In this document: piece by piece, positions 1 through 9,145 of the stretch | Numbering within the stretch: the stretch's first letter is position 1 | How the letters are laid out: each line of letters opens with the position of its first letter | Assembly (NCBI GenBank): GCA_040219255.1 | Contig: JAVJSW010000033.1 | Span: 1-64,000 of the forward strand | DNA length: 64,000 nt | DNA from: Sumerlaeia bacterium | GTDB taxonomy: Bacteria; Sumerlaeota; Sumerlaeia; SLMS01; JAHLLQ01 | Direction of reading: 5' to 3' | Notes under the pieces: model-generated | Databases searched by the model: none | What the model saw: only the letters and a program-made list of their open reading frames with translations | What the model was told of the DNA's origin: nothing | Position numbers and translations under genes: made by a program

Positions 1-14
1 CGCTCTTCCGATCT
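1..14 (+). other. Illumina adapter/sequencing-primer remnant (assembly artefact)
   Basis: Window begins CGCTCTTCCGATCT, the 3' end of the Illumina TruSeq read primer (...ACGACGCTCTTCCGATCT). Coding-like sequence starts right after it. Confidence 0.8.
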
Positions 15-278
15 CCGGTGGTGGCGAACCGGCATTGCGGACCGGCGGCATCCTTGATCGAGGAGGGGGTGGATGGGCTGCTGGCGGGCGGGGCCGAGGA
101 GTTGGCGGGGGCGCTGGAGCGGCTGATGGAGGACCGGGAGCTGGGGCGGCGTCTGGGGGAGGCGGGCGAGCGGAAGGCGCGGCGGGATTTCACGCAGCGG
201 GCGGCCACGGGGCGGCTGCTGGCCGCATGGGAACGGGCGGGGTTCTTGCGCGAGAACGCCGATAGCAATATCGAATAA
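15..278 (+). CDS. Glycosyltransferase family 4 (GT-B), C-terminal fragment, 5'-truncated
   Basis: PVVANRHCGPAASLIEEGVDGLL...ELAGALERLMEDRELGRRLGEAG...F matches the GT4 C-terminal pattern. Confidence 0.8.
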   Translation, partial: PVVANRHCGPAASLIEEGVDGLLAGGAEELAGALERLMEDRELGRRLGEAGERKARRDFTQRAATGRLLAAWERAGFLRENADSNIE

Positions 279-324
279 CCATGTAGGGAACTGTATGTTT
301 TCCGGAAGGGGCTAGCGTTCGATG

Positions 325-346
325 TGTCATAATCGAAGTTATGACA
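325..346. promoter_or_regulatory. Palindromic putative operator upstream of the TonB locus
   Basis: TGTCATAA-TCGAAG-TTATGACA is a perfect 8-bp inverted repeat with a 6-bp spacer in an AT-rich intergenic region. Confidence 0.5.
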
Positions 347-600
347 TCTAAGATTTTCATGGTGGTCAGGGGGGCTGGAGCCGCACTGGCGGTGGATTCG
401 GGACGCCTTTTTGGACCGAATGTTAGGGGATGGAGAGGTTTGTTATCGTTCTGTTCGGATTTCGGTTAGAAGTTTGCAAGTCGCTCTTTCTGAGTTGCCT
501 CATGGGTGGTTGGACTGTTGTTGCTCACTGCGATTCCAACTTACGCCGTGTGGCGGGACCCCGTTCCCGCGCCGGTATCCATCCCGAGGAAGGGGCTCTC

Positions 601-2250
601 ATGAAAGCCAAGAATCTTTTTTCCGTTCTCGCCCTCAGCGCCGGTGCCGCCGTTCTGGCTGGCCAGGCCAATGCCGCGAACATCGACGTGACGTCCGACA
701 TCACCGTGTCCGAAACCTGGACGAATGATAACGTCTACAACCTGACCACCCAGATCTACGTGCTTCCGGGCGCGAGCCTGACGATCGAGCCGGGGACGGT
801 GATCGCCTCCAGCCCGACGATGACCGGCGCCGGTGCGCTCGCGGTGACCCGCGGCGCCCAGATCTTCGTCAACGGCACGGTGACCGATCCGGTGATCTTC
901 ACGACCACCAACGACGTGGCCACCTGGGATGTGGACGGTTCGCACCCGACGGGCCGCAACCCCAAGACGGGCACTTGGCGTGAAGCCGCCAACGAGTGGG
1001 GCGCTCTGGCCATCATGGGCAACGCGCTGATTTCCGACTCGCTGGACCCCGATAACGACGCTCTGCCGAATGGCACGAACGAGACGAACCTGGAAGGTCT
1101 GGTCGCCTCCGGTCCGTCCGATACCCGCGTTCTGTACGGCGGCAACGACGACGATGACGACTCCGGCTCCGTGACCTACGTGTCGCTGCGCTACGGCGGC
1201 CGCGTGATCGGCCTGGGCGACGAACTCAACGCTCTGTCCCTCGCCGGCGTTGGCCGCGAAACCGAAATCAGCTACGTCGACATCATGAACAACGTGGACG
1301 ACGGCATCGAAATCTTCGGCGGCACCGTCAACATCAGCCACTTCAACATCTGGAACGTGGGTGACGACAGCCTGGATATCGACCAGGGCTACCGCGGCAA
1401 GATCCAGTTCGGCCTGATCGTTCAGGGCTACAGCGTGGATGCTTCTCAGGGTTCGGGCGTCGGTGACAACGCCATCGAGATCGACGGCGCGGAAGACTCC
1501 GACGCCCAGCCGGTGACCACCACCTCGATCTACAACCTGACGGTGATCGGCCAGCCGATCGACGGCGACGGCCTGACCGCGTGGCGCGACAACGCCCGCG
1601 TGCAGTACCGCAACTGCATCTTCATGGACGGTGGCGAAGCTCTGATCCGCGCCGACAACGTGGACGGCGACGGCTCTCAGGGCTACGGCTTCAACGGCAC
1701 GCACTCCTTCGCCGATGTGTTCACGACCTCCTTCGACACCTACCCGTCCGTGAACCAGGGCGACGTGGACACGCTGGCTGAGAAGCAGGCGCTGTACCCC
1801 GTGCAGGTCGACGGCAACCTGGCGGAGATTTCCGACAGCGTTTTCGCCCGCATGAACACCGCTGGCTCCGCCTTCACGAACTCCGACGCCCGCGGCGTGA
1901 CCGCCAACAACGGCGTTGGCGTTCAGCCGAACGATAACGTTTACGCGGGCGATACGACCCTGCCCATCACGACGCTGACTCGCGAGTCCGTCGTGAGCAA
2001 GGGCGGCCTGCAGATGCTGCGTGTCAGCTTCATCGACCCGACCCCGGTCGGCGATGCGGCCACCAGCGTTGGCTCCGCTCCGAACGACGAGTTCTTCGTG
2101 GCCGCCAACTACCGCGGCGCGTTCGCTCCGGCCAGCAAAGGCCTGACCCCGGCCCGCGTCTGGATCCGCGGCTGGACCGCCATCGACGCCTACGACGGCG
2201 TCGTGGCCGGCCCCGCCACCGCGGTCGACGCCTGGCAGGTGTTCGAGTAA
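601..2250 (+). CDS. Secreted acidic beta-helix-like surface protein of the family commonly encoded next to TonB-dependent receptors
   Basis: Start at ATG 601 after GAGGAAGGGG. Signal peptide MKAKNLFSVLALSAGAAVLAGQANA. Motifs LTIEPGTVI, GTVTDPVIFT, YGGNDDDDDSG, DDGIEIFGGTVN, DDSLDIDQGYRG. Strongly biased codon use. C-terminal ATAVDAWQVFE. Confidence 0.75.
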   Translation: MKAKNLFSVLALSAGAAVLAGQANAANIDVTSDITVSETWTNDNVYNLTTQIYVLPGASLTIEPGTVIASSPTMTGAGALAVTRGAQIFVNGTVTDPVIFTTTNDVATWDVDGSHPTGRNPKTGTWREAANEWGALAIMGNALISDSLDPDNDALPNGTNETNLEGLVASGPSDTRVLYGGNDDDDDSGSVTYVSLRYGGRVIGLGDELNALSLAGVGRETEISYVDIMNNVDDGIEIFGGTVNISHFNIWNVGDDSLDIDQGYRGKIQFGLIVQGYSVDASQGSGVGDNAIEIDGAEDSDAQPVTTTSIYNLTVIGQPIDGDGLTAWRDNARVQYRNCIFMDGGEALIRADNVDGDGSQGYGFNGTHSFADVFTTSFDTYPSVNQGDVDTLAEKQALYPVQVDGNLAEISDSVFARMNTAGSAFTNSDARGVTANNGVGVQPNDNVYAGDTTLPITTLTRESVVSKGGLQMLRVSFIDPTPVGDAATSVGSAPNDEFFVAANYRGAFAPASKGLTPARVWIRGWTAIDAYDGVVAGPATAVDAWQVFE

Positions 2251-2256
2251 AGAGTT

Positions 2257-2278
2257 CCGTTCGGAATTTTCCGAACGG
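2257..2278. other. Perfect 10-bp inverted repeat after the stop codon (mRNA stabiliser or protein-binding site)
   Basis: CCGTTCGGAA-TT-TTCCGAACGG. Confidence 0.55.
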
Positions 2279-2304
2279 CTTGATAACGTAAGTCTAACAG
2301 TGAG

Positions 2305-2342
2305 AGCTGACGGCGGGATCACAGACTCGCCGTCAGCTTTCC
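2305..2342 (+). terminator. Putative intrinsic (partial) terminator
   Basis: Stem AGCTGACGGCG / CGCCGTCAGCT followed by only a short T run. Confidence 0.55.
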
Positions 2343-2409
2343 GCGTCTGAGGCACTGAAGCAGATTTTTTTTCGATCCCATTTTTCACCGATGTGAGAGT
2401 CCGCACGCC

Positions 2410-3663
2410 ATGATTCACCCGATGAGAACCGCTTTCACTTTGTTGACGAGCACGTTGCTGGCGACAGCGGCGACCGCCAGCGTTGGCACGCAGCCGCCGG
2501 ATTCGGCTTCGAGCGCGATTCTGGCCGTGGAGCCGGAGCCGGCCTGGCGGGATGCGCCGCTGGAGGCTTATCGCCGTGAGTTGTTCGCCCTGGCTTTCGA
2601 AGTGGCCAGCGCCATCCCGCACGAGCCGCACATCAAGACGCGCTCGCGGATGCAGGAGCAGGTCGTGGAGACCGCTCTGGCGCTGGATCAACCGACTTCC
2701 GCGGTGGCTTTCGTTCGCCAGATCGACAACTGGCGGCGGGCCCATGGGAACGCGATGCTCGCCTACTACTGGGCCGATGCGGGAAACAAGGAAATGGCCC
2801 AGGAGTTCCTGAAGGCGGCCCAGGATGAGTTGAATTCGGCCGAGGACTGGCGCCGAGACCGGGTCCGGGTGAAGATCGCGCAGACCTACCTTCTTCTCGG
2901 ACAGGATCCGCAGGCGAAGTTGTACTCGACGAATCTCGTCGAATCCGAGCGTGGCAAGGTCGAGGGAATCGCCGCGCGAACGGCGAGCGAGGAAGACTTT
3001 CTGTCCCAGGCCAGCGAACTCGACATGATGCTGGCGATGGACGATCAGGACATCAACAAGAACGCGCTGGATTCCTACGGGGAACTCTTCGGGCGCCATT
3101 ACGATAATGAAGAATTGCGCGCCGAAGTGGTGCGCAAGGTGAAGGCTTCGAGCGAGAAGCTGCCGGTCTTCATGCGGCTCGAGATGCTCGCCGATCTGGC
3201 GAAGCAGGCGTTGGCGCACGACGATCGGGAAACCGCGCTGATCCTGGTCGATGAGGCGCAAAGCTTCCTGACGGACTTCGAGTGGGCGCCGCGTTATCAT
3301 GTGGAGTACTGGGGGCTGGTGATCGGCCTTCGGGCGAAGGCGGGGGACGTGGACACGGCGCGGACGCTGGCGGACGAAACGCTGGCGTACTATGGCGAGA
3401 AGGGCCCGGGGATCGTGAACATTTACCGGGCGCAAGCGCTGCGGTCGCTGGCCGAGGCGTACGCCGCCATCGGCGATGAGGAGAAGGCGCTGGAAGTCTA
3501 CAAGCTGGCGGTGGAGGAGGGCTTCGAGAATCCGAACTCGCGCCCCCGGGCTGAGGATTTGTCGCAGACTCTGACGTCGATGGCGCGCGTTTCCGTGGAA
3601 CCGGACGCTGTGCTGTGGACCCGTGTCCGCCAGATCGCCGAAGGTCTGGGAGCGCCGTGGTAA
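2410..3663 (+). CDS. Secreted helical-repeat (TPR-like) protein
   Basis: N-terminal hydrophobic signal and alpha-helical repeats such as ALRSLAEAYAAIGDEEKALEVY. Co-oriented within the TonB locus. Confidence 0.6.
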   Translation: MIHPMRTAFTLLTSTLLATAATASVGTQPPDSASSAILAVEPEPAWRDAPLEAYRRELFALAFEVASAIPHEPHIKTRSRMQEQVVETALALDQPTSAVAFVRQIDNWRRAHGNAMLAYYWADAGNKEMAQEFLKAAQDELNSAEDWRRDRVRVKIAQTYLLLGQDPQAKLYSTNLVESERGKVEGIAARTASEEDFLSQASELDMMLAMDDQDINKNALDSYGELFGRHYDNEELRAEVVRKVKASSEKLPVFMRLEMLADLAKQALAHDDRETALILVDEAQSFLTDFEWAPRYHVEYWGLVIGLRAKAGDVDTARTLADETLAYYGEKGPGIVNIYRAQALRSLAEAYAAIGDEEKALEVYKLAVEEGFENPNSRPRAEDLSQTLTSMARVSVEPDAVLWTRVRQIAEGLGAPW

Positions 3664-3680
3664 ATCGAGCTTTTCAAACG

Positions 3681-6665
3681 ATGCGGATGCTGATCGCGGC
3701 CCTTGTGATGGGGGCCGCTTCCCTGGCGTCGGCCCAGGACGCGGGGTCGATTCGCGGCACCGTTTACGACGCCGATTTCGAGGCTCCGCTGCCCGAAGCG
3801 CGGGTCCTGATCGTGGAAACCGGGGTCGAAGCGACGACGGCGGAGACGGGCAACTATGCCTTTGGCCAGATCGAACCGGGCAATTACACGCTGGTGTTCT
3901 CAAAGCCCGGGTACACGCGGCAGGTGAAGGCCAACGTGGTGGTTTCGCCGGGACAACTGGCGGAAGTGCGGGCGGATCTGACCGGCGATTTCGTCGAGAT
4001 GGAAGAGTTCGTGGTGCAGGAGGTGTCCTTTGGCGGGGGCACGGAAATCGGCCTGCTGGAGCTGCGCATCGAGAGTCCGGCGCTGATCGACTCGGTCAGT
4101 TCGGAGCTGATGAGCCAGGCGGGCGCCGGCGACGCGGCGAGCGCCCTGACGCTGGTGGCGGGCGCCACGGTGGAGGACGGCAAGTACCCGGTCATTCGCG
4201 GTCTGCCGGATCGCTACGTGAACTCGCAGCTCAACGGGATTCGCCTGCCGACGGCGGACGCGGAGAAGCGCGCGGTGGAACTGGATCAGTTTCCCTCGAG
4301 CGCGATCGAGAGCATCCAGGTGAGTAAGACGTTCACGCCGGATCAACAGGGCGACGCCTCGGGCGGCGCGGTGAACGTGGTGCTCAAGGGCGTTCCGGAG
4401 GAAAACAGCGTCAAGGTCAGCGGACAATACAGTTACAATACGCAGACTTCGAACCGCGACGACTTCCTGTCCTACGAGGGCGGGGGTTTGAACTACTGGG
4501 GCGACGAAGAGGGGGCCCGCGACATTCAGGAGGAGAACCTGGCTGGGAACTGGGAGGGCGCGGTGGGTGGCCAGCGGATCGACTCGCCGGTCGACTACAA
4601 GTATTCGCTGTCCGGCGGCGGGCGAATCGAGCTGGGCCGCGACATCAACGTGGGCGGCTTTGGCAGTTTCTTCTACGAGCGCGACAGTTCGTTCACGGAA
4701 GACGAGATCGACGACAAGTATTGGATCACCGAGCCGGGCGGCGAGATGGTGCCGCAGACGTCGCAGGGCACGCCGGAGGACGGCGACTTCAAGACCAACC
4801 TGTTCGACGTGCAGAAGGGTACGCAATTCGTGCAGTGGGGCGCGCTGGGCGTGGTGGGCATCGAAAACGAATACAATGCGATCACGGTCACCGGTCTTTA
4901 TACACGCGACGCGGAGGACACCGCCCGGATCGCCGAGGATACGCGCGGCAAGGAGTACTTCTTTCCGGGCTACGATCCCTCCGATTCAGACGATCCGGGG
5001 AACCGGGCACGCGATTCGGCTCCGTACATCCGGCTGGAAACGCTGACCTACCGGGAGAGGGAAACGAAGACCTGGCAGATCGCGGGGCATCACGAGATCC
5101 CGCTGCCGAGTGTGGGCATCGACGGGTTCCTGACGAATCTGAACCCGGAATTCGACTGGTCTTACGCGAACAGCACGGCGGGTCTCTACGAGCCGGACAA
5201 ACGGCAGTTCGGCTCGATCTGGCTTCCCGAGGTGATGGACCCGGGCCGGCCTCCCTTCATCGATCCATTCACACGCCCGGCGGTGCATCGGCCTTTCAAG
5301 CCGGCGGCAAACTTCACGCTGGGCAACTTGCAACGCGTTTACAAGGAAATCGAGGAAGAGAGCGATCAGTACCAGGTGAACCTGAAACTGCCCTTCGAGC
5401 AGTGGACCGGCGACGAAGGCTATGTGAAGCTGGGAATCTTCGAGGACGAGGTCTACCGGACCTACGAGCAGGAGTCGTTCAGTAACTTCAGCGACAACGC
5501 GGCCAGCTACGAAGCTCCCTGGGAACAGCCCTGGAGCGAGGTGTTCCCCGAAGAGGACCACCCGATCACGGCGGCGGAAATCGACGTCGATTACATCGGC
5601 GAGCAGAACATTTCGGCCTGGTACTGGATGGTCGATCTGCCGCTGACCTCGTTCTTCAATATCATCGGCGGCATTCGATACGAAGACACGGAGTTGAGCA
5701 TCGTCAACATTCCGGAAGCGGATGTGACCTGGTTCCCGCCGGACGGTCAGGCGCTGACAACCCTGAACCCGGGCGACGCGGACGTGATGTTCGAGCAAGA
5801 GGACGAACTGCCCTCCATCGGCTTCCGCTTCACGCCGTGGGCGCCGCTGGTGATCCGCGGTTCCTACAGCGAAACGGTGGCGCGGCAGACGTTCCGCGAA
5901 CTGACGCCGATCCTGCAGCAGGAGTTCCTGGGCTCCGATATTTTCATCGGCAACCCGCTCCTGACAATGAGCGCGGTGAAGAACTACGACCTGCGGGCGG
6001 ACTTCTCGCCCTATCCAGGCGGCCTGCTTTCGGCGTCGTACTTCTACAAAGACATCACCGATCCGATCGAATACGTGCAGCGCGTGAACAGCTTCGTTTA
6101 CACCACGCCGGTGAACTATCCGGAGGGTGAGCTGAGCGGCTTCGAGGTGGAAATCCGCCAGCAGATGGGCCGTTTCTGGGATGTGCTCGAGGGCCTTTCT
6201 CTCGGCGCCAACGCGACGTTTATCGAGTCCGAGGTGACCCTGCCGGAGGACGAAGCGGCGCAGTTCGAGAATCCCGGCATCCAGGCGCCCCTGGAAAAGC
6301 GCGATATGACCAACGCGCCGGAGCACCTCTACAACCTCTACTTCATCTACAACATGGGCAAGCTAGGTCTGCCGGGTACCGATCTGTCCGTTTTCTACAC
6401 AGTGCGCGGCGATACGCTGGTGGCCGGCGCGGGCGTGGACGACGGCAACCTGGTGCCAAGCGTTTACGCCAAGGAATTCGGGACACTGAATGCAACCCTG
6501 AGGCACGAGATCGTGGAGGGCTGGGAGGTGAAGCTGCAGGCCAAGAATCTCCTGAATCCCGACATCGAAACCGTCTATCGCTCCGACTACATCGACGGCG
6601 ACGTGACGAAGACGTCCTACCAAAAGGGCATGGAATTCTCCGTGGGATTGAGTGCGTCGTTCTGA
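3681..6665 (+). CDS. TonB-dependent receptor with N-terminal carboxypeptidase-regulatory-like domain
   Basis: Signal MRMLIAALVMGAASLASA. GSIRGTVYD...PGNYTLVFSKPGY domain. Plug motif IRGLPDRYVNSQLNG...IESIQVSKTFTPD...GGAVNV. Barrel motifs GNPLL...NYDLRAD and KNLLN. Terminal Phe. Confidence 0.93.
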   Translation: MRMLIAALVMGAASLASAQDAGSIRGTVYDADFEAPLPEARVLIVETGVEATTAETGNYAFGQIEPGNYTLVFSKPGYTRQVKANVVVSPGQLAEVRADLTGDFVEMEEFVVQEVSFGGGTEIGLLELRIESPALIDSVSSELMSQAGAGDAASALTLVAGATVEDGKYPVIRGLPDRYVNSQLNGIRLPTADAEKRAVELDQFPSSAIESIQVSKTFTPDQQGDASGGAVNVVLKGVPEENSVKVSGQYSYNTQTSNRDDFLSYEGGGLNYWGDEEGARDIQEENLAGNWEGAVGGQRIDSPVDYKYSLSGGGRIELGRDINVGGFGSFFYERDSSFTEDEIDDKYWITEPGGEMVPQTSQGTPEDGDFKTNLFDVQKGTQFVQWGALGVVGIENEYNAITVTGLYTRDAEDTARIAEDTRGKEYFFPGYDPSDSDDPGNRARDSAPYIRLETLTYRERETKTWQIAGHHEIPLPSVGIDGFLTNLNPEFDWSYANSTAGLYEPDKRQFGSIWLPEVMDPGRPPFIDPFTRPAVHRPFKPAANFTLGNLQRVYKEIEEESDQYQVNLKLPFEQWTGDEGYVKLGIFEDEVYRTYEQESFSNFSDNAASYEAPWEQPWSEVFPEEDHPITAAEIDVDYIGEQNISAWYWMVDLPLTSFFNIIGGIRYEDTELSIVNIPEADVTWFPPDGQALTTLNPGDADVMFEQEDELPSIGFRFTPWAPLVIRGSYSETVARQTFRELTPILQQEFLGSDIFIGNPLLTMSAVKNYDLRADFSPYPGGLLSASYFYKDITDPIEYVQRVNSFVYTTPVNYPEGELSGFEVEIRQQMGRFWDVLEGLSLGANATFIESEVTLPEDEAAQFENPGIQAPLEKRDMTNAPEHLYNLYFIYNMGKLGLPGTDLSVFYTVRGDTLVAGAGVDDGNLVPSVYAKEFGTLNATLRHEIVEGWEVKLQAKNLLNPDIETVYRSDYIDGDVTKTSYQKGMEFSVGLSASF

Positions 6666-9058
6666 TGAGCCGGTGGATTTTCGCGAAACGATGGGCCGCG
6701 ATGGCGGCGGTGGTGGTGGCGATGCTTCTGCCGGCGATGGGGCGCGCCGAGGAAGACGACGGCCGCTTTGGCCGGCGCCCGGCGCTGGGCGACGTGCAGG
6801 TCTATGGCCTCGATCCAGAGGACGAGGCACTCGTCCGCGAGGAAATCACCGTGCCGCTGGGCGAGACCCTGACGCCGGGGACGCTCGAGCAGGTGCGCGA
6901 GCGTCTCGGCAAGATGACCGTCGGCGGCGGGTTGCAGAAGGTGCGCCTGATGCCGCTGCCGGACGAATCGGGCGATCCGGAGGCGCCGCTGTATTATGCG
7001 CTGATGGTGGATTTCCGCCTGCCACCGGCGATCGAGCGGGTGGAGTTCTTCCCGTTGGTCGAGGGCGTCGATTTGGAGGCCTTGGCGGCGCGATTTCCGC
7101 TGGCGCCGGGCACGCCGTTCACTCCGGACACGGCCCGGCAGGCGCAGGACGCCTTGGCGCAAGCGCTCGTGGAACAAGGCTTCGGCCACCTGACGGTCAT
7201 TCCCCACCACGCCGTCGAATCGACGGATACACTGGTGCTGGGTTTCTTCCTGGAGGACCAGACCGGCGAACCGGCCGAGTTGCGTAAGGTGCGCTTCGAC
7301 GATGCCGGACTCGGCAACGCGGTGCGCATCCGCGGGTTCTTCCGCGAGTCGGAAACCAGCCCCTTCGACGAAGGCTCCTCCGTGACCGCGGCGCGGCTGA
7401 TTGAGGTCGAGGCGATGACCGCCGATCTGGTGCGGTCGCTGGGCTACTGGAACGCGACGGCGCGGCTGAAGGAGACGGAGACTTCGCGCAAGAAGGGCGT
7501 GAAGGTGACTTACGACATCGAACGCGGCGAACGATTCGAAATCGCGGAGGTGCGCGTGGCGCCCCGGCGGGTGATGGAGCCCGAATTCTGGGGCCAGGCG
7601 GTGAAACCCTATGTGGGCCGCAGCCTTTCGACGCCGCGGCTGCGCGACATCGAGGAGCGCCTGACGGAGCGTGCCCAGGATCGGGGTTACATGGCGCCCG
7701 AGGTGGAACTGGATTTCGAGCCGGTGCCGGGCGGAGATGCCGCCATGATCGTGCACGCGGCCGTGGACGAGGGGACCACCAGCGTTCTGGGCCAGGTGCG
7801 ACTCGAGCGCGACACCACGCGGCGCGGTTACGGCACGTCCTGGTACCATCGCAAGATCGCGCCGCCGGTGCGCGAGGACATCCTGCGCAAGCAAGTGCGC
7901 ATCCGCGAAAGCGAGCAACTGAGCCGTAAGTACATTGTCGATGCGGAACGCCGCCTTTGGCGCCTCGGGTTGTTCGAAGACGTGCAGGTCGAGACCTCGG
8001 CGACCTCGGACACGATGAAGCGCGACATCACCGTGAAGGTGACGGAGCGGCGGACGGCGAACCTGGGCGTGACCCTCGGCTGGAACGATCACCTGGGGGC
8101 GGTGACGCGGTTGCGCTTCACCGAACGCAATGTCGGCGGCCGCGCGGACGTTCTCTCGCTGGGCGGCTACGTCAGCCTGCAAGGCGAAGGCGGCGGCGGC
8201 GACATTTCCTACTTCGACCGTTACTGGAAGCTGGGCGAGAAGCTCGTCGGCGAGGAGCGCGAACCGTCGATGCTCTACTACTTCCAGGCGGACGAGCTGG
8301 GCTTCAACGAGTACTCAGAACGCCGCGTCGGCGGCCGTCTGCGCATGGGCTACAAGGTCGGCGATCTGTTCGGGCCCTGGACGAACGAATGGCAACTGCG
8401 GCTCGAACGCATTTCCTACGACCCCTACCGCGACGACGACGACTACGAAGAAGACTTCGATTCGTACACGGCGGCCACGGTGGGATATTTCCTCAATTAC
8501 GACACGCGCGACCGGGGCGATTGGGACTCGACGGAAGGGGTGCGGTTCACGACCGGTCTGGAGGCCGGCGCGGCGGATGGCACGCTGCTCAAGTGGAGCA
8601 ACAGCGCCGAGTACCACCATCGGCTTTCGAACCGGTGGGCATGGTACAGCGGCGCCCAGCTTGGCCTGATGCCCTTCGAAGCGACCGACGTGGGCCTGAG
8701 CGACCGCTTTCAGGCGGGCGGCCTCGGCAGCCTGAGAGGCTTCGACTATCGCGGCGTCGGACCGGTGGACGACGAGGAAGACAACCTCCATATCGGCGGC
8801 GCGACGCTGACGGGCTTGCAGAACGAAATCCGCTATGTCGTCAGCGAAGACATCGACATTCCGATTTTCGTGGATATGGGGACGCTGAACGAGGACCCGC
8901 TGAGCTTTGGCACGCCGCGTCTGAGCACCGGTCTGGGCATCCGCATCAAGGTGCCGGGTGGCGATCAGCGGGCGTTCCTTTACTACGCCGAACAACTTTT
9001 GAGCGAGGACACGGACGATGACCGCAGTTTGCACTTCGGCTTCCAGTTCGGCCTCTAG
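6665..9058 (+). CDS. Omp85/BamA-TamA family outer membrane protein with POTRA domains
   Basis: POTRA-like segments (RGY...EV, RLWRLGLFEDVQV...DITVKVTER), barrel start with ERNVGG, LRGFDYRGVGP loop-6 motif, C-terminal FGFQFGL. TGATG overlap with the receptor gene. Confidence 0.85.
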   Translation: MSRWIFAKRWAAMAAVVVAMLLPAMGRAEEDDGRFGRRPALGDVQVYGLDPEDEALVREEITVPLGETLTPGTLEQVRERLGKMTVGGGLQKVRLMPLPDESGDPEAPLYYALMVDFRLPPAIERVEFFPLVEGVDLEALAARFPLAPGTPFTPDTARQAQDALAQALVEQGFGHLTVIPHHAVESTDTLVLGFFLEDQTGEPAELRKVRFDDAGLGNAVRIRGFFRESETSPFDEGSSVTAARLIEVEAMTADLVRSLGYWNATARLKETETSRKKGVKVTYDIERGERFEIAEVRVAPRRVMEPEFWGQAVKPYVGRSLSTPRLRDIEERLTERAQDRGYMAPEVELDFEPVPGGDAAMIVHAAVDEGTTSVLGQVRLERDTTRRGYGTSWYHRKIAPPVREDILRKQVRIRESEQLSRKYIVDAERRLWRLGLFEDVQVETSATSDTMKRDITVKVTERRTANLGVTLGWNDHLGAVTRLRFTERNVGGRADVLSLGGYVSLQGEGGGGDISYFDRYWKLGEKLVGEEREPSMLYYFQADELGFNEYSERRVGGRLRMGYKVGDLFGPWTNEWQLRLERISYDPYRDDDDYEEDFDSYTAATVGYFLNYDTRDRGDWDSTEGVRFTTGLEAGAADGTLLKWSNSAEYHHRLSNRWAWYSGAQLGLMPFEATDVGLSDRFQAGGLGSLRGFDYRGVGPVDDEEDNLHIGGATLTGLQNEIRYVVSEDIDIPIFVDMGTLNEDPLSFGTPRLSTGLGIRIKVPGGDQRAFLYYAEQLLSEDTDDDRSLHFGFQFGL

Positions 9059-9145
9059 GGGCCCGGGCGGCGCCGCCAGAATTCAGAAACCACGGACTTT
9101 ATTGACCTCCAACGATTCAGACCAAACCGCAGGGAGCATGGGATT

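Noticed and set aside
325-360. Canonical Pho box
   Set aside because: GTCAT/GTTAT/TTCAT units are not at 11-bp spacing; only the inverted repeat is solid.
541-3903. 1120-aa minus-strand ORF (and similar long antisense ORFs at 25624-28431, 33507-36140, 37716-40403)
   Set aside because: Shadow ORFs opposite well-supported genes. High GC with biased third positions suppresses stops, and the translations have no motifs.
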